Assembly (NCBI GenBank): GCA_035510605.1
Contig: DATKGW010000006.1
Span: 1 to 59,588 of the forward strand
Direction of reading: 5' to 3'
DNA length: 59,588 nt
From: Patescibacteria group bacterium
GTDB taxonomy: Bacteria > Patescibacteriota > Saccharimonadia > Saccharimonadales > CAIOMD01
In this document: in pieces, positions 26,811 through 36,915 of the stretch
Layout of the letters: the number at the start of each line of letters is the position of its first letter
Numbering within the stretch: position 1 is the first letter of the stretch
Made by a program: the position numbers and the translations under genes
The notes under the pieces: model-generated
Databases searched by the model: none
The model's input: only the letters and a program-made list of their open reading frames with translations
Told to the model about the DNA's origin: nothing

Positions 26811-27261
26811 AAAAAGCAGGATAACCTCTTTTTTGGTTATGGTTGTTTTCATTGTTTTGATTTTTACCATAGGTGTTTTAGTGGCTATCGAACGCAACCA
26901 AACCCATTTTAAAGATGTAAAAATTGGCAATACGGTTTTTACGTTAGAGGTTGCTGATACTGACAAAACAAGGGAAAAGGGGCTTTCTGATAGGTATAAT
27001 CTGCCAAAAAACAGCGGCATGTTGTTTGATTTTAAAACCTTAGGCGATTGGCGGATGTGGATGATAGACATGCGTTTTGATATTGATATGGCCTGGCTAA
27101 ACAGCAATAATCAGATTATTTACATCAAAACCGATGCGACTCCTGGTTCTTATCCACAGACTTTTGGTGCCGGTTCGCCAAGCCGTTATGTCATAGAGGT
27201 GCCAGCCAATACCTTTAATGAGCTTGATATTCATATTGGCGACCCTATTAAAATTAATTAG
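26770..27261 (+). CDS. DUF192 domain protein with N-terminal membrane anchor
   Basis: VADTDKTREKGLSDRYNLPKNSGMLFDF...MWMIDMRFDIDMAWL matches DUF192. The start is uncertain because it overlaps rimK by 41 nt. Confidence 0.6.
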   Translation: MPNKLTEKTESAPKKSRITSFLVMVVFIVLIFTIGVLVAIERNQTHFKDVKIGNTVFTLEVADTDKTREKGLSDRYNLPKNSGMLFDFKTLGDWRMWMIDMRFDIDMAWLNSNNQIIYIKTDATPGSYPQTFGAGSPSRYVIEVPANTFNELDIHIGDPIKIN

Positions 27262-27270
27262 TTAGATGTT

Positions 27271-27774
27271 ATGCTAGTGCTTATGAACGCACCGGTACTT
27301 TTAGGTATTGTCGCCGTAGTTTTTGGTGCCATGCCTCTATTATTAGGCAGTAACGCGGTATATATTTTGCTGACTTTGTGTGCCGGAGACCTGCTCGCGA
27401 CACTAGCGGCGAAAGATGTAACCCAAATTATAAATTCGATAGTTACCGTTAATGTGCCGCTTTACAGCTACGTTCAGATTTTCTTGTTGGTGATTGCACC
27501 GTTAATTGTTTTACTGATTTATCGAAAAAGCATCGGAGCGGGGCGGATTTTACAGATTATCCCTGCCGCCGCCGCAGTTTTAATCTGTTTTATGCTGGTA
27601 ACGGCGATGTTACCAAGCAATATGCAGAATAATATTCAAAATTCTCATCTATATTCATTGCTAAATCCTTTTTTTGAATTTGCCATAGCTGCCGGATTAT
27701 TGGTAAGTGTGTTTTATCTTTGGACAAAACGTACCCGCAATCATAAACCGGGTCGCAAACACCATGCCTTGTAA
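27271..27774 (+). CDS. membrane protein (about 5 TM)
   Basis: Hydrophobic ORF with a basic C-terminus. No domain recognised. Confidence 0.45.
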   Translation: MLVLMNAPVLLGIVAVVFGAMPLLLGSNAVYILLTLCAGDLLATLAAKDVTQIINSIVTVNVPLYSYVQIFLLVIAPLIVLLIYRKSIGAGRILQIIPAAAAVLICFMLVTAMLPSNMQNNIQNSHLYSLLNPFFEFAIAAGLLVSVFYLWTKRTRNHKPGRKHHAL

Positions 27775-27857
27775 CTCTTACTAACAGATTGACAAAACGT
27801 CGTAAATAAGAGAGAATAACAATGCTTTTTAAGCTTATTGCTGTTAAAGCCAAATGG

Positions 27858-27934
27858 GGGCCCATAGCTCAGTTGGTTAGAGCACCTGCCTTTTAAGCAG
27901 GGTGTCGTGGGTCCGAGTCCCACTGGGCCCTCCA
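27858..27934 (+). tRNA. tRNA-Lys(UUU)
   Basis: GGGCCCA UA GCUC AGUUGGUUA GAGC A CCUGC CUUUUAA GCAGG GUGUC GUGGG UCCGAGU CCCAC UGGGCCC U CCA. Confidence 0.9.
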
Positions 27935-28019
27935 ATATATTTATGCTTAAACGATTTTATGATCGTTTAAATTATGGATATTACTTGACATATAAACTAC
28001 TAGGTATATACTTGGTAGT

Positions 28020-28289
28020 ATGAATACAGTTATTAGCGTAAAATTAGATAAAGATCTGAAGGACTCCGCTCAAGAAGTAGCGAAGAGCGCTGGTCTTACT
28101 ATAAGTTCTCTGGTAAATGCTTACTTAAGACAAGTTGTAGCAACTCGACGTATTGAGTTATTCGCACCAGAGCCCATTACTCCAAATCTAGAAAAACTAA
28201 TAGCTGAAGTCGAAAATGAATTAAAATCAGGAAATATAAGTAAGAAGTTTGATAATGTTGAAGATTTCTTAGTAGACCTTAAAAAATAG
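28020..28289 (+). CDS. type II antitoxin, RelB/DinJ family
   Basis: Ribbon-helix-helix N-terminus VISVKLDKDLKDSAQEVAKSAGLTISSLVNAYLRQVV, located 7 nt upstream of the toxin gene. Confidence 0.75.
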   Translation: MNTVISVKLDKDLKDSAQEVAKSAGLTISSLVNAYLRQVVATRRIELFAPEPITPNLEKLIAEVENELKSGNISKKFDNVEDFLVDLKK

Positions 28290-28296
28290 TTTTATC

Positions 28297-28557
28297 ATGA
28301 CAATTCAGTACATGCCAAAATTTAAGAAGCAATATAAAAAACTGCCTATTAAATTTCAGAATCAATTTGATGAAAAAGTACAGTTATTTGCGATCGACCC
28401 GACTAATTCCATATTACGTATTCATCCACTTAAGGGAATCTACAAGGGTTACTGGAGTATGAATGTTAACGGAGATATAAGAGCACTTTATATTATGCGG
28501 GGTCAAGAGATGATAATTTTTGCACTTATTGGCTCTCATAGTGAATTATACGGTTAA
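28297..28557 (+). CDS. type II toxin, RelE/YafQ-like mRNA interferase
   Basis: 86 aa. KFKKQYKKL..., LRIHPLKG...YWSMNVNGDIRALY..., IGSHSELY. Confidence 0.7.
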   Translation: MTIQYMPKFKKQYKKLPIKFQNQFDEKVQLFAIDPTNSILRIHPLKGIYKGYWSMNVNGDIRALYIMRGQEMIIFALIGSHSELYG

Positions 28558-28575
28558 CTGATTCAATTGAATTTT

Positions 28576-28614
28576 AGTTGCGATAGCATCTACTATGGCC
28601 CTCCAATCTATACT
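28576..28614 (+). repeat. copy 1 of a roughly 38-nt repeat containing a tRNA-Lys 3'-end-like GGCCCTCCAAT
   Basis: GTTGCGATAGCATCTACTATGGCCCTCCAATCTATAC. About 25 of the first 32 positions match copy 2 by hand alignment. GGCCCTCCAAT is identical to 27926-27936 at the tRNA-Lys 3' end. Confidence 0.55.
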
Positions 28615-28636
28615 TAGTGAAATACTATCGCAACTG

Positions 28637-28657
28637 AGAGCCGTAAGGCTCTTTTTG
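28637..28657 (+). terminator. intrinsic terminator after the relBE module
   Basis: AGAGCC GTAA GGCTCT followed by TTTTT. Confidence 0.65.
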
Positions 28658-28670
28658 TTATAGTTATAGG

Positions 28671-29174
28671 ATGACAGAATTACTGTGCTTGTCCAAAAAC
28701 AAAAAACGAATCTATTATGATTCGGTAAATTCCCACGCATCAACACACTTTGCAGATACTCTAGGTCTACGAGAACTAGTTATTGAGGTACTAGAGAATA
28801 GAGATTTAGATAATGATAACCTTGAGTTTGACGTTGATATGGGTCGGCCTATTGGAACATCAGATGTGTTAGAAACTAATGAATCTGATGAGATTGTATA
28901 TGCTATTCGTAAAAACCGTTCTGAGCAAGGATATGTACCTTTTACAAAATCTCGCTCTGCACAGCCCAGCACAAATCTCTCGGTAGCGTTAGTGGCTAAT
29001 ACGGACGAAACTTATCAACTTTCAAGTGTTTGGATTGGTACTTGGGATGACCCGCCATTCCCACAACAGCCACATGCAACTCTCGAGAGCAAACCTTATT
29101 GGAGTACACATGCATTTGTTTGGGGTAGTCAGGAGATTGAACCAAACTCCGAGCTAAAAAGTTGTCCTTGGTGA
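28671..29174 (+). CDS. hypothetical protein (167 aa)
   Basis: Uninterrupted ORF between the two repeat copies. No domain recognised. Confidence 0.45.
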   Translation: MTELLCLSKNKKRIYYDSVNSHASTHFADTLGLRELVIEVLENRDLDNDNLEFDVDMGRPIGTSDVLETNESDEIVYAIRKNRSEQGYVPFTKSRSAQPSTNLSVALVANTDETYQLSSVWIGTWDDPPFPQQPHATLESKPYWSTHAFVWGSQEIEPNSELKSCPW

Positions 29175-29427
29175 TTGTTTAATTAAGTTGCGACACTTTA
29201 GTAAAATAGTGTTATAAAAAAACTAATTAGTATTATTTTAATTGTTGGCTTTTTATTTGTAGATTTTTTATTCTTTCATGATATTTTTAAGCCCGGGGAG
29301 ACTACAAGCATAGCCCAATACTTAACCGGTGTTTTGAGTCTTCCAGTTCTTGCCTTATCAATACGAGAATTTCTAAAAAATAATAGTCACACCAAAAGTT
29401 CATAATGTATACGCCTACTTTAATTTC

Positions 29428-29466
29428 GGTTGCAATAGTGTCTATTGTGGCCTTCCAAGTTTATAT
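29428..29466 (+). repeat. copy 2 of the roughly 38-nt repeat
   Basis: GTTGCAATAGTGTCTATTGTGGCCTTCCAAGTTTATA. The differences from copy 1 are mostly transitions. Confidence 0.55.
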
Positions 29467-29472
29467 TTCCGC

Positions 29473-29679
29473 CTAATTAAAATCCCTGTAGATTTCTATA
29501 TAGTAAACAACCGCACCTATCAGGCTGCCAACAATCAAGAACATAAGCCAAAATTGTTTATTGGGTATATTGCTTTTTATGGCGTGGCTTAGCATTTCAT
29601 ACCAAAATATAAGCAGCGGGATAATCAGAAGCATGGGCAACAGCCATAACAATATATCCATCAATTTATGATATCTCAT
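29473..29679 (-). CDS. small 2-TM membrane protein (PLD-nuclease N-terminal, PLDc_N-like)
   Basis: LLWLLPMLLIIPLLIFWYEMLSHAI...FWLMFLIVGSLIGAVVYYI. Confidence 0.5.
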   Translation of the reverse strand: MRYHKLMDILLWLLPMLLIIPLLIFWYEMLSHAIKSNIPNKQFWLMFLIVGSLIGAVVYYIEIYRDFN

Positions 29680-29745
29680 TCTAAGCCACTGACGATAAAA
29701 GTACTGCTGTAATAATAATTAAGCTAAGCCTGATACTATAAGTAA

Positions 29746-30600
29746 ATGATCTTATATTTAGCGTTATTAGCGGCATTCGGTTGCGCCTTATGCAATGGCA
29801 TCGCGGCAGTTTTACAAAAAGTGAGTGCCGACAAAGAAAAGATAACATTTTCGCTAAACGTGAAGTTTTTATTTCGTTTACTAAAAGATTGGCCGTATTT
29901 GGTCGGGATAATTTTAGATATCTTGGCATGGGTGTTTACGCTTATAGCCGTACATAATTTACCATTATTTGTAGTCCAGCCGATTATCGCATTTAGTGTC
30001 GTAATAACGGCGATTGTAGAGAGATTTATATTCCATAAAAAATTTACTACTACAATAATTTGTGCGATTGCCCTAACAATTGCAGGTTTATCATTATTAG
30101 CTACCACTGCCGCACCAGAAACCTCGGTTAATGTGAGGGGTTTAGTACAAACAATAATAATACTCGGCCCGATTTTGTTTGGTATTATTGGCGTAATTTT
30201 TGTAAAAAAGAAAGATCAATCTGCAACTATAGTACTGGCTGCTATTGCCGGGCTTTCTTTTGGCGGCACTACCGTTACCGGCAGGATGCTTAAATTTTCG
30301 CAACCCTATTGGCATACGTTTTTTAGTTTTCTGTTTGTGGCGCTTGTTGCCTACGGGATAATCGGTTTACTTCTATTCACCATGGCGCTTCAGAGAAATC
30401 TAGCTACCATAGTTAGCGCCGTAATGATAACTTTTGAAACAGTCGTGCCAATTATTATCGGCTTGCTTTTTTTGGGTGATACACCTAAGCATAATTTATG
30501 GACTGTAATGGTTATCGGAGCTTGTATCGCACTATCGGGCACATTACTTATCGCCGCTAAAGGGCTGTATCCAACTTCCAACCGTACAGCCAACGACTAA
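29746..30600 (+). CDS. DMT/EamA-like polytopic membrane transporter
   Basis: About 9-10 TM helices arranged as two similar halves. Confidence 0.4.
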   Translation: MILYLALLAAFGCALCNGIAAVLQKVSADKEKITFSLNVKFLFRLLKDWPYLVGIILDILAWVFTLIAVHNLPLFVVQPIIAFSVVITAIVERFIFHKKFTTTIICAIALTIAGLSLLATTAAPETSVNVRGLVQTIIILGPILFGIIGVIFVKKKDQSATIVLAAIAGLSFGGTTVTGRMLKFSQPYWHTFFSFLFVALVAYGIIGLLLFTMALQRNLATIVSAVMITFETVVPIIIGLLFLGDTPKHNLWTVMVIGACIALSGTLLIAAKGLYPTSNRTAND

Positions 30601-30798
30601 TTATTGAATCAATTCTTAGTCAAATCTCAATTTACTGGCTTGGTTTGCCAAACGCCCAGCAGCTCAAGACAGGGCCAGCATTGATATAAGCAGCTTGTTA
30701 GTTTTATACGTAATTATTATCATAATTACTATTGGGCTCAAAAACGAGCTGCATCTGTTAGAATAAAAGCAAGAACAACTAGTGAGGCTTGATTTTTT

Positions 30799-31527
30799 AT
30801 GTCCGGACATTCTAAATGGTCAACAATTAAACGTCAAAAGGGTTTAAATGATGCTAAACGGGGCGCACTGTTTACCCGCATTGGTAACCAAATAGCTATT
30901 GCTGCTCGTGGTGGTTCAGATTCTAAAATGAATCCATCTTTGGCTATGGCAATGGAAAAAGCCAGGGCGGCTAACATGCCGATGGCTAATATCGAGCGGG
31001 CTATTCAAAGAGCTTCTGATAAAAACGCCGCCACTCTGCAAGAGGTCATGTATGAGGGTTATGGCCCGGGTGGCGTCGGCATTCTGGTGGAATGCGCCAC
31101 CGATAACATCAACCGGACACATCCGGAAGTACGCAATGTGTTTGTAAAAAAAGGTGGAAATTTGGCAGAATCCGGTGCCGTATCGTTTTTATTTGACCGC
31201 AAAGGTCAGATTAGACTGAAAGATACTGGAGACGAAGCGATCTTAAAAGTACTGGATGCTGGAGCCGAAGATGCAACCGAAGAAGATGGCGGTATAACGG
31301 TTTATACCGATCCGAAACAGCTTGCCAAAGTGCGCGGTGAAATCGCCTCACAGGGACTCACAATTGAAGAAGCCGAATTAACTTATGTACCAAAGAACAC
31401 AATTGAAATAGCCGATCAAGATACCGCCAAAAAAATCGTTAATTTGCTCGATGCGTTAGAAGAACTTGATGATGTAGTGGCGACGCACACCAATTTTGAT
31501 ATCGCCGAAGGTGTTGAGGTAAGCTAA
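30799..31527 (+). CDS. yebC: YebC/PmpR family DNA-binding regulator
   Basis: MSGHSKWSTIKRQKG..., in the conserved position upstream of ruvC. Confidence 0.95.
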   Translation: MSGHSKWSTIKRQKGLNDAKRGALFTRIGNQIAIAARGGSDSKMNPSLAMAMEKARAANMPMANIERAIQRASDKNAATLQEVMYEGYGPGGVGILVECATDNINRTHPEVRNVFVKKGGNLAESGAVSFLFDRKGQIRLKDTGDEAILKVLDAGAEDATEEDGGITVYTDPKQLAKVRGEIASQGLTIEEAELTYVPKNTIEIADQDTAKKIVNLLDALEELDDVVATHTNFDIAEGVEVS

Positions 31528-32013
31528 ATGAAAATTCTGGGTATTGACCCGGGGACGGCAACAGTTGGTTTCGGCGTCATTGAAAGTGATGGCCACAAAC
31601 ATTTACTTATTGATGCCGGCATCATAAAAACTCCGGCCAACCAAGCACTGGAGCTCAGACTTAAAACTATTTACGAGAGCGTTCAAGAATTAATTAAGCA
31701 GCATAAGCCAGAAGTCATGGTGATTGAAAAGCTGTATTTTGCCAAAAACGTAACGACAGCCATATCAGTCAGCCATGCCAGGGGTGTGATAATGCTGGCC
31801 GGCTCTTTAAATAAACTAAAAATGGCCGAATATACCCCACTGCAAATTAAACAATCCTTAACCGGTTATGGGCGGGCCGATAAAGCTCAAATACAGGAGA
31901 TGGTGCGGGTATTTTTGGGGTTAAAAGAGAGGCCTAAACAAGATGATTGTGCCGATGCCTTGGCGGCTGCCCTCACGCATGCTACCGCCTCTTTGTTATA
32001 CTTAAAAAGATGA
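31528..32013 (+). CDS. ruvC: crossover junction endodeoxyribonuclease RuvC
   Basis: ILGIDPGTATVGFGVI, VIEKLYFAKN, DCADALAAAL. Confidence 0.95.
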   Translation: MKILGIDPGTATVGFGVIESDGHKHLLIDAGIIKTPANQALELRLKTIYESVQELIKQHKPEVMVIEKLYFAKNVTTAISVSHARGVIMLAGSLNKLKMAEYTPLQIKQSLTGYGRADKAQIQEMVRVFLGLKERPKQDDCADALAAALTHATASLLYLKR

Positions 32014-32594
32014 TATCGACTCTAACCGGTAAAGTTACCGAACAACTTGGCGAGGTGGTGGTACTTAATGTGGCTGGAGTTGGCTACGGTTTATGGGTAC
32101 CACAAGAAGATTGGGGTCATTTGAGTACTGGTGCAGAAGTTAAAGTTTACGTTTATGAACATATCCGTGAGCAGACGTACGACCTGTACGGATTTTTGTC
32201 GCCAGCCACCAAGAGTTTATTCGAGCAGTTACTAAGTGTAAATGGTGTTGGCCCAAGAATGGCGCTGGCAATTTTAAGTGTTGGCTCTATAAATGAAGTA
32301 AGAGCTGCTATTGCCGAAGGCAATGTTAAATATCTGCAAGCAGCTAGTGGTGTAGGTAAAAAAGTTGCCGAGCGCATCGTTGTGGACCTTAAAGATAAAG
32401 TTGGTTTGGGCTTAAATCCGGATGCTACAACTTTTTTGACGAATCCGGTTGTCAACCGGTTTGATGAAGCTCAAGAAGCTTTGGTTTCGCTTGGATTTTC
32501 TGCTCAAGATGCCGCCACTGCGCTTGGTGGCGTAGATCCTAAATTATCGATAGAAGAACGAGTTAAACTGGCACTTCGAGGAAAAACCAAATGA
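32010..32594 (+). CDS. ruvA: Holliday junction DNA helicase subunit RuvA
   Basis: MISTLTGKV... start in an ATGA overlap with the ruvC stop. [16 protein letters not shown] and [11 protein letters not shown] HhH motifs. Confidence 0.9.
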   Translation: MISTLTGKVTEQLGEVVVLNVAGVGYGLWVPQEDWGHLSTGAEVKVYVYEHIREQTYDLYGFLSPATKSLFEQLLSVNGVGPRMALAILSVGSINEVRAAIAEGNVKYLQAASGVGKKVAERIVVDLKDKVGLGLNPDATTFLTNPVVNRFDEAQEALVSLGFSAQDAATALGGVDPKLSIEERVKLALRGKTK

Positions 32595-33616
32595 TTGAGA
32601 GACTAGTTGATGGCAAGAATGTTGATGTTGTTGATGAACAAATTGACATGACTCTTAGGCCTAAAGATTTTAAAAATTATATTGGCCAGGAGAAAATGAA
32701 GCAGAACTTACAACTGGCAATTACTGCCGCTAAAAAACGCGGTGAGCCGATTGATCATGTTTTACTATATGGCCCACCCGGCTTAGGCAAAACTACTATG
32801 GCAAGTGTGATCGCCAACGAAATGGGCGCTCAGATTCGAATTACCAGCGGCCCAGCTGTAGAACGGTCTGGTGATCTGGCCAGCTTACTGACAAATCTGC
32901 AAGATGGCGATATCTTGTTTATCGATGAAATCCATCGTTTAAATCGTACGGTAGAAGAAGTTTTATATAGCGCCATGGAAGATTTTAAGCTTGATATTAT
33001 GCTTGGCAAGGGTCCCAGCGCCCGGTCTTTAAGACTTGATTTACCTAAATTTACAATTATCGGAGCGACCACCCGAACCGGTGCCCTATCGGCACCGCTT
33101 AGAGATCGATTCGGTTTAGTTCATCGCCTGGAATTTTATACTCCCGAGCAAATAGGTAGAATTGTTAATCGTTCAGCCAAGATTCTAGGAGTAAAGGTAA
33201 AGCCAGAAGCAACAGATGTTATTGCCGAACGATCGCGATTGACTCCAAGAATCGCCAACCGCTTGCTAAAACGCATTCGTGACTATGCCGACGTTAATGG
33301 CGATGGTATTATTGATAAATCAACAGCTCATAAGGCTTTAGACTTGTTAGAAATCGATGAACTTGGATTAGATTCGGCCGATCGCATGTTACTTTCTGCC
33401 ATAATCGATAATTATCACGGTGGCCCGGTAGGCGTTGAAACGCTAGCGGCGCTAATTGCTGATGAGCGCTCGACAATTGAAGATTTCTACGAACCATACA
33501 TGTTACAAATTGGGCTTTTAGAGCGAACCCCCAGAGGCCGTAAAGCGACCCACAAAGCCTATAAACATCTGGGTAAAACTCCTAAAAAAGATTTATCACA
33601 GCGTAGCCTGCTGTAA
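32591..33616 (+). CDS. ruvB: Holliday junction DNA helicase RuvB
   Basis: [20 protein letters not shown], and an ATGA overlap with ruvA. Confidence 0.97.
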   Translation: MIERLVDGKNVDVVDEQIDMTLRPKDFKNYIGQEKMKQNLQLAITAAKKRGEPIDHVLLYGPPGLGKTTMASVIANEMGAQIRITSGPAVERSGDLASLLTNLQDGDILFIDEIHRLNRTVEEVLYSAMEDFKLDIMLGKGPSARSLRLDLPKFTIIGATTRTGALSAPLRDRFGLVHRLEFYTPEQIGRIVNRSAKILGVKVKPEATDVIAERSRLTPRIANRLLKRIRDYADVNGDGIIDKSTAHKALDLLEIDELGLDSADRMLLSAIIDNYHGGPVGVETLAALIADERSTIEDFYEPYMLQIGLLERTPRGRKATHKAYKHLGKTPKKDLSQRSLL

Positions 33617-33622
33617 TTTTTT

Positions 33623-34195
33623 ATGATAAATCAAGCTAACATACAAACGCTACAACCCAAAGTGGATAGCAAGATTGCCGAAGTACTGCTGCCCAACGAG
33701 CAACATATTGTAACTATACATCAGCACATAATCGTACTTATAAAATATTACTTGATTACTGTAGTAGGGTGTGCGGGGTTTTTCTTGTCATTGGCAATAT
33801 TGTTTAAATATTCAACCGTAATGAGTGATACGGCAACAAAGGCCGTTCTATTGGTTGTGGCCGCCTTTACGGCATTAGTTTTTAGCTTTGTGTTGTTCGT
33901 TGTCACCACAGCTTATAAGCAAACGGTATTGGTAATTACTAACCGTAGTGTAGTTCAAATAATACAGACGGGATTATTATTCCATAAGGTAGCCAGATTA
34001 TCGATGGCAGACGTGGAAGATGTTTCGAGTGAGCAGAAAGGTATACTGCCAAAACTTTTTGGATATGGGTCTTTAACTATAGAGACAGCCGGCGAGGAAA
34101 TAAACTTTGTCTTTAAATATTGCGTTAACCCAATCCATATTACCGAGATTATTTTAAATGCCCGAGACCAGTTTAACGAAAATAATAGCGAGTAA
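33623..34195 (+). CDS. membrane protein with bacterial PH (bPH_2/YdbS-like) domain
   Basis: Two TM helices, then VLVITNRSVVQI...GYGSLTIETAGEEINFVFKYCVNP. Confidence 0.55.
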   Translation: MINQANIQTLQPKVDSKIAEVLLPNEQHIVTIHQHIIVLIKYYLITVVGCAGFFLSLAILFKYSTVMSDTATKAVLLVVAAFTALVFSFVLFVVTTAYKQTVLVITNRSVVQIIQTGLLFHKVARLSMADVEDVSSEQKGILPKLFGYGSLTIETAGEEINFVFKYCVNPIHITEIILNARDQFNENNSE

Positions 34196-34236
34196 TTTTA
34201 AAACATATTTGATATTACTTGATATTTGTTAGAATA

Positions 34237-34527
34237 CTATTCAAATGGGTTGGCACGACCGTTATTAAATAAGGTTTCTATGTTAATATTTTGATCTTGG
34301 AGCTGATTAATTTTCTGTACGGCATTATCGTCGAGCTTAAACGTTTTTAGACTGCTTTTAGTATCCTCTATTTGATACTGAGTTGGTTCCAGATTAGAAT
34401 AATGAGCAATAAGTAGTGTCATAAAGCTAAAAATACCAACTACACAGACTATAAAAATAAGTACGGCATAACGCACTACAAAGTTTTTTATTGGTAATAA
34501 TTTGTCGAGTATTTTCTTTAGTTTCAT
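34237..34527 (-). CDS. small single-TM protein at the distal end of the pilMNO cluster
   Basis: 96 aa, one TM helix, 4-nt overlap with the pilO-like gene. Confidence 0.45.
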   Translation of the reverse strand: MKLKKILDKLLPIKNFVVRYAVLIFIVCVVGIFSFMTLLIAHYSNLEPTQYQIEDTKSSLKTFKLDDNAVQKINQLQDQNINIETLFNNGRANPFE

Positions 34528-35150
34528 GGCTTTATAAAAATAGTTAATGTTGCATCAAAGGTGATACCGCCATTTTGGGTATCTGCCTGGACGGATATAT
34601 TTTTAATTTGCATGCTGCGCCGGTTGGCTTCTACATTCTGTAAAAATTTAATCATATTGTCATAACTGATTGATTTACCGGAAGCCGGCAGTAAGCCGAT
34701 TTCAATATCAATACCCAGGACCCCAGGCATACCAGTGACTGGTTGAGCCTGTGTAACAACCGAGGCGGCTGAGCTAGCCGTGGTGGCCGTAGAACTAGTG
34801 GTGGCTGTTTTCTGGCCTAAGGTTGAAGTCGGGAATTGGATCTTATCGATTACGATGCCGGTTTCATCACCTATTTGATATAACTCTTTGACTGCCTGGG
34901 CCTGATCTTTACTTTTGGGTAGTATTTTTTGGATGGTAGCGTTAAGGGAGCTGTATTTTTCCAAATCTTTACGGGCGTTTAAATAAGATTGTTCTTCGGT
35001 ATCAGCACTAACATTGCTAAGTTTGGCGTTGACTAACTTATTGGCATTTTTTTGCATGAGTGAATTGCCAAAATATAACATGGCGATGGCTCCGGCAATA
35101 GAAAGAGCAAGTAAGCCTATCATAATAAAATAAAACTTTTTGGCAGTCAT
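34524..35150 (-). CDS. pilO: PilO-like type IV pilus assembly protein
   Basis: N-terminal TM helix plus coiled coil, in the position after pilM-pilN. Confidence 0.5.
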   Translation of the reverse strand: MTAKKFYFIMIGLLALSIAGAIAMLYFGNSLMQKNANKLVNAKLSNVSADTEEQSYLNARKDLEKYSSLNATIQKILPKSKDQAQAVKELYQIGDETGIVIDKIQFPTSTLGQKTATTSSTATTASSAASVVTQAQPVTGMPGVLGIDIEIGLLPASGKSISYDNMIKFLQNVEANRRSMQIKNISVQADTQNGGITFDATLTIFIKP

Positions 35151-35773
35151 TAGTTTTTTGCTCCACCGGTTATAGAATTTAAAAAGTAGAATGAGGAATC
35201 AGTTTTAATAACAACTTTGATTACCGTTACACAGGGATATTTACCAATGGTACCACTGTTACTGGAGTTACTTTGAGCACAACTGACAGACACTAAATCG
35301 GCTTTTTCAAAGAGTCCGTTAGCCGGGTCGCCGATATTTACAAAAGCTTGCGTAGCGGTATCGCGGGTTGTCGAAGCTATGTTAATATCCAGTACAGAAT
35401 CCGTATTAGAAAGTGTAATACCACTTAAAATAGCACCATTTGGAATGATGCCACCTATTTTTACAAACAACTTGGAAAATAATAATTGTTTGCTTAGTAA
35501 CTGTGTCACGGTTTTAAAATTATTTGATAAGTTTTGAATATCTGTTTGGGTAGATGTTAAATTTTGGTCGGAGATCCTGGCCTGAGTAAGTTTAGCAACA
35601 GATTGCAGAGTGTGGACGTTTTTATTTATAAATAATTCGCCAAAAACAGTCATACCACCGACACCGGCAATTACAATAATTACCGACATAATCCAATGTA
35701 GTAATACCCGGTTACGCCGGCCATAAATAATTTCTTTTTTGATTTGATCCGGTAAAAGATTTATCATTTCCAA
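35150..35773 (-). CDS. pilN: PilN-like type IV pilus assembly protein
   Basis: MEMINLLPDQIKKE (the INLLP signature), one TM helix, overlaps pilM. Confidence 0.65.
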   Translation of the reverse strand: MEMINLLPDQIKKEIIYGRRNRVLLHWIMSVIIVIAGVGGMTVFGELFINKNVHTLQSVAKLTQARISDQNLTSTQTDIQNLSNNFKTVTQLLSKQLLFSKLFVKIGGIIPNGAILSGITLSNTDSVLDINIASTTRDTATQAFVNIGDPANGLFEKADLVSVSCAQSNSSNSGTIGKYPCVTVIKVVIKTDSSFYFLNSITGGAKN

Positions 35774-36825
35774 ATCTCTCCGGGGTTTATTAAAGCCAAA
35801 CCGGCTGCGGTAATATACAAGGATTTTTCGACTTCATTGGGTGGCTGTAATTTGCCAAAACTAAGACTGTCCCACGGGATACACATGCGGGTAGGCATAC
35901 GCAGTTCACTGGTAAGGAATTCTGACAAGCCCGGTAAATTAGCGCCACCACCCAGTGTTATGATCTGGCCAATCTTATTTTCGGTTTTGGTGCGTTCGTT
36001 ATAATAACGCAGCATCTTACGGATTTCTTTGCTTAAGGAATTTAAGATTGGCTTTAGAGCTTCTTCTATCTCATGTTGTTTTTTGCTGACACTTAAACCA
36101 TATTTGGTTTTTATTGTATGGGCGACCTGTTTGCTGACATTCAATTTTTCGCCGATTAACTCTGTGAATGTATCACCGCCACCGGCTACCGTACCGGTGA
36201 CAATTAGTTGTTTGTCAAAAATAGTTATATCGGCCGACAAGGAACCGAAGTCAATTAGTATGGTTGGTATATCATTGCGTTCGGCGTGGGCTACTAATCG
36301 GCTGGATGCTCCAATGGTTGTTTCTAGAACGCAAATATCTAAACCAAGCAGATTAGTGTAAGTAACATAGGAGTCGATTATTTGTTTAGGTACGGCCACA
36401 ACCAAGAGCTCAAAACCATCTTTGTTCTCGGTTGTAATACTGTAATCGATATATAACCCCTCTAGGGCTACGGGTATGTATTGTTCGGCCTCCAACCGGA
36501 CGGCTTCATCCAGATCTTTTTTGCTCATACTGGGAAGTGTCATCACGCGGTTGTATGTCCTGGCTACAGGGACGCTTAAAGCTACTCGCCGAGTCGTAAT
36601 TTCACCGATAATATTTTTTTGAAATAGTTCTTTAGTGGCCTTGGCCAAGGCTAGGGGATCTACAATAACCCCATCTTGGACAGCTTTTTGATCATAATCA
36701 GCTACACCGTAGCCAATAATTTGTTGGTGTTTACCTTGAGTTACTATTTGCATTACTTTGACGCTACTAGAACCAACGTCAAGGCCAAAAAGCGGTTTGT
36801 CTTTATAAAATAGCCCAGTATTCAT
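35764..36825 (-). CDS. pilM: type IV pilus assembly ATPase-fold protein PilM
   Basis: Actin-like fold motifs FGLDVGSSSVKVMQI, LIDFGSLSADI, ITLGGGANLPGL. Confidence 0.85.
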   Translation of the reverse strand: MNTGLFYKDKPLFGLDVGSSSVKVMQIVTQGKHQQIIGYGVADYDQKAVQDGVIVDPLALAKATKELFQKNIIGEITTRRVALSVPVARTYNRVMTLPSMSKKDLDEAVRLEAEQYIPVALEGLYIDYSITTENKDGFELLVVAVPKQIIDSYVTYTNLLGLDICVLETTIGASSRLVAHAERNDIPTILIDFGSLSADITIFDKQLIVTGTVAGGGDTFTELIGEKLNVSKQVAHTIKTKYGLSVSKKQHEIEEALKPILNSLSKEIRKMLRYYNERTKTENKIGQIITLGGGANLPGLSEFLTSELRMPTRMCIPWDSLSFGKLQPPNEVEKSLYITAAGLALINPGEIWK

Positions 36826-36915
36826 GTTTGTATAAAAAGTAATTAAGTATAAGCGTTTTCAAGATTACTCTACCACACTTTGCCCTTAAAATCACTGGTT
36901 TAAAGAGAGAGCTGG

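Noticed and set aside
28577-28637. The inverted repeat AGTTGCGATAG...CTATCGCAACT as an integron attC site.
   Set aside because: The core sites do not fit RYYYAAC/GTTRRRY, no intI gene is present, and only one such palindrome exists.
29199-29396. Open frame encoding a 2-TM peptide (…LISIILIVGFLFVDFLFFHDIFKPGETTSIAQYLTGVLSLPVLALSIREF…).
   Set aside because: There is no ATG, GTG or TTG start in frame. It is probably a gene remnant within the tRNA-Lys islet.
31947-32009. N-terminal extensions suggested by the ORF track for ruvA (31947), pilC (43217), tsaB (47925), rel (58649), the kinase-like gene (20411) and the PRC-barrel gene (47331).
   Set aside because: Each extension overlaps the preceding gene or a regulatory site. 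Internal Met codons give the conserved N-termini and the typical ATGA or short-gap operon junctions.
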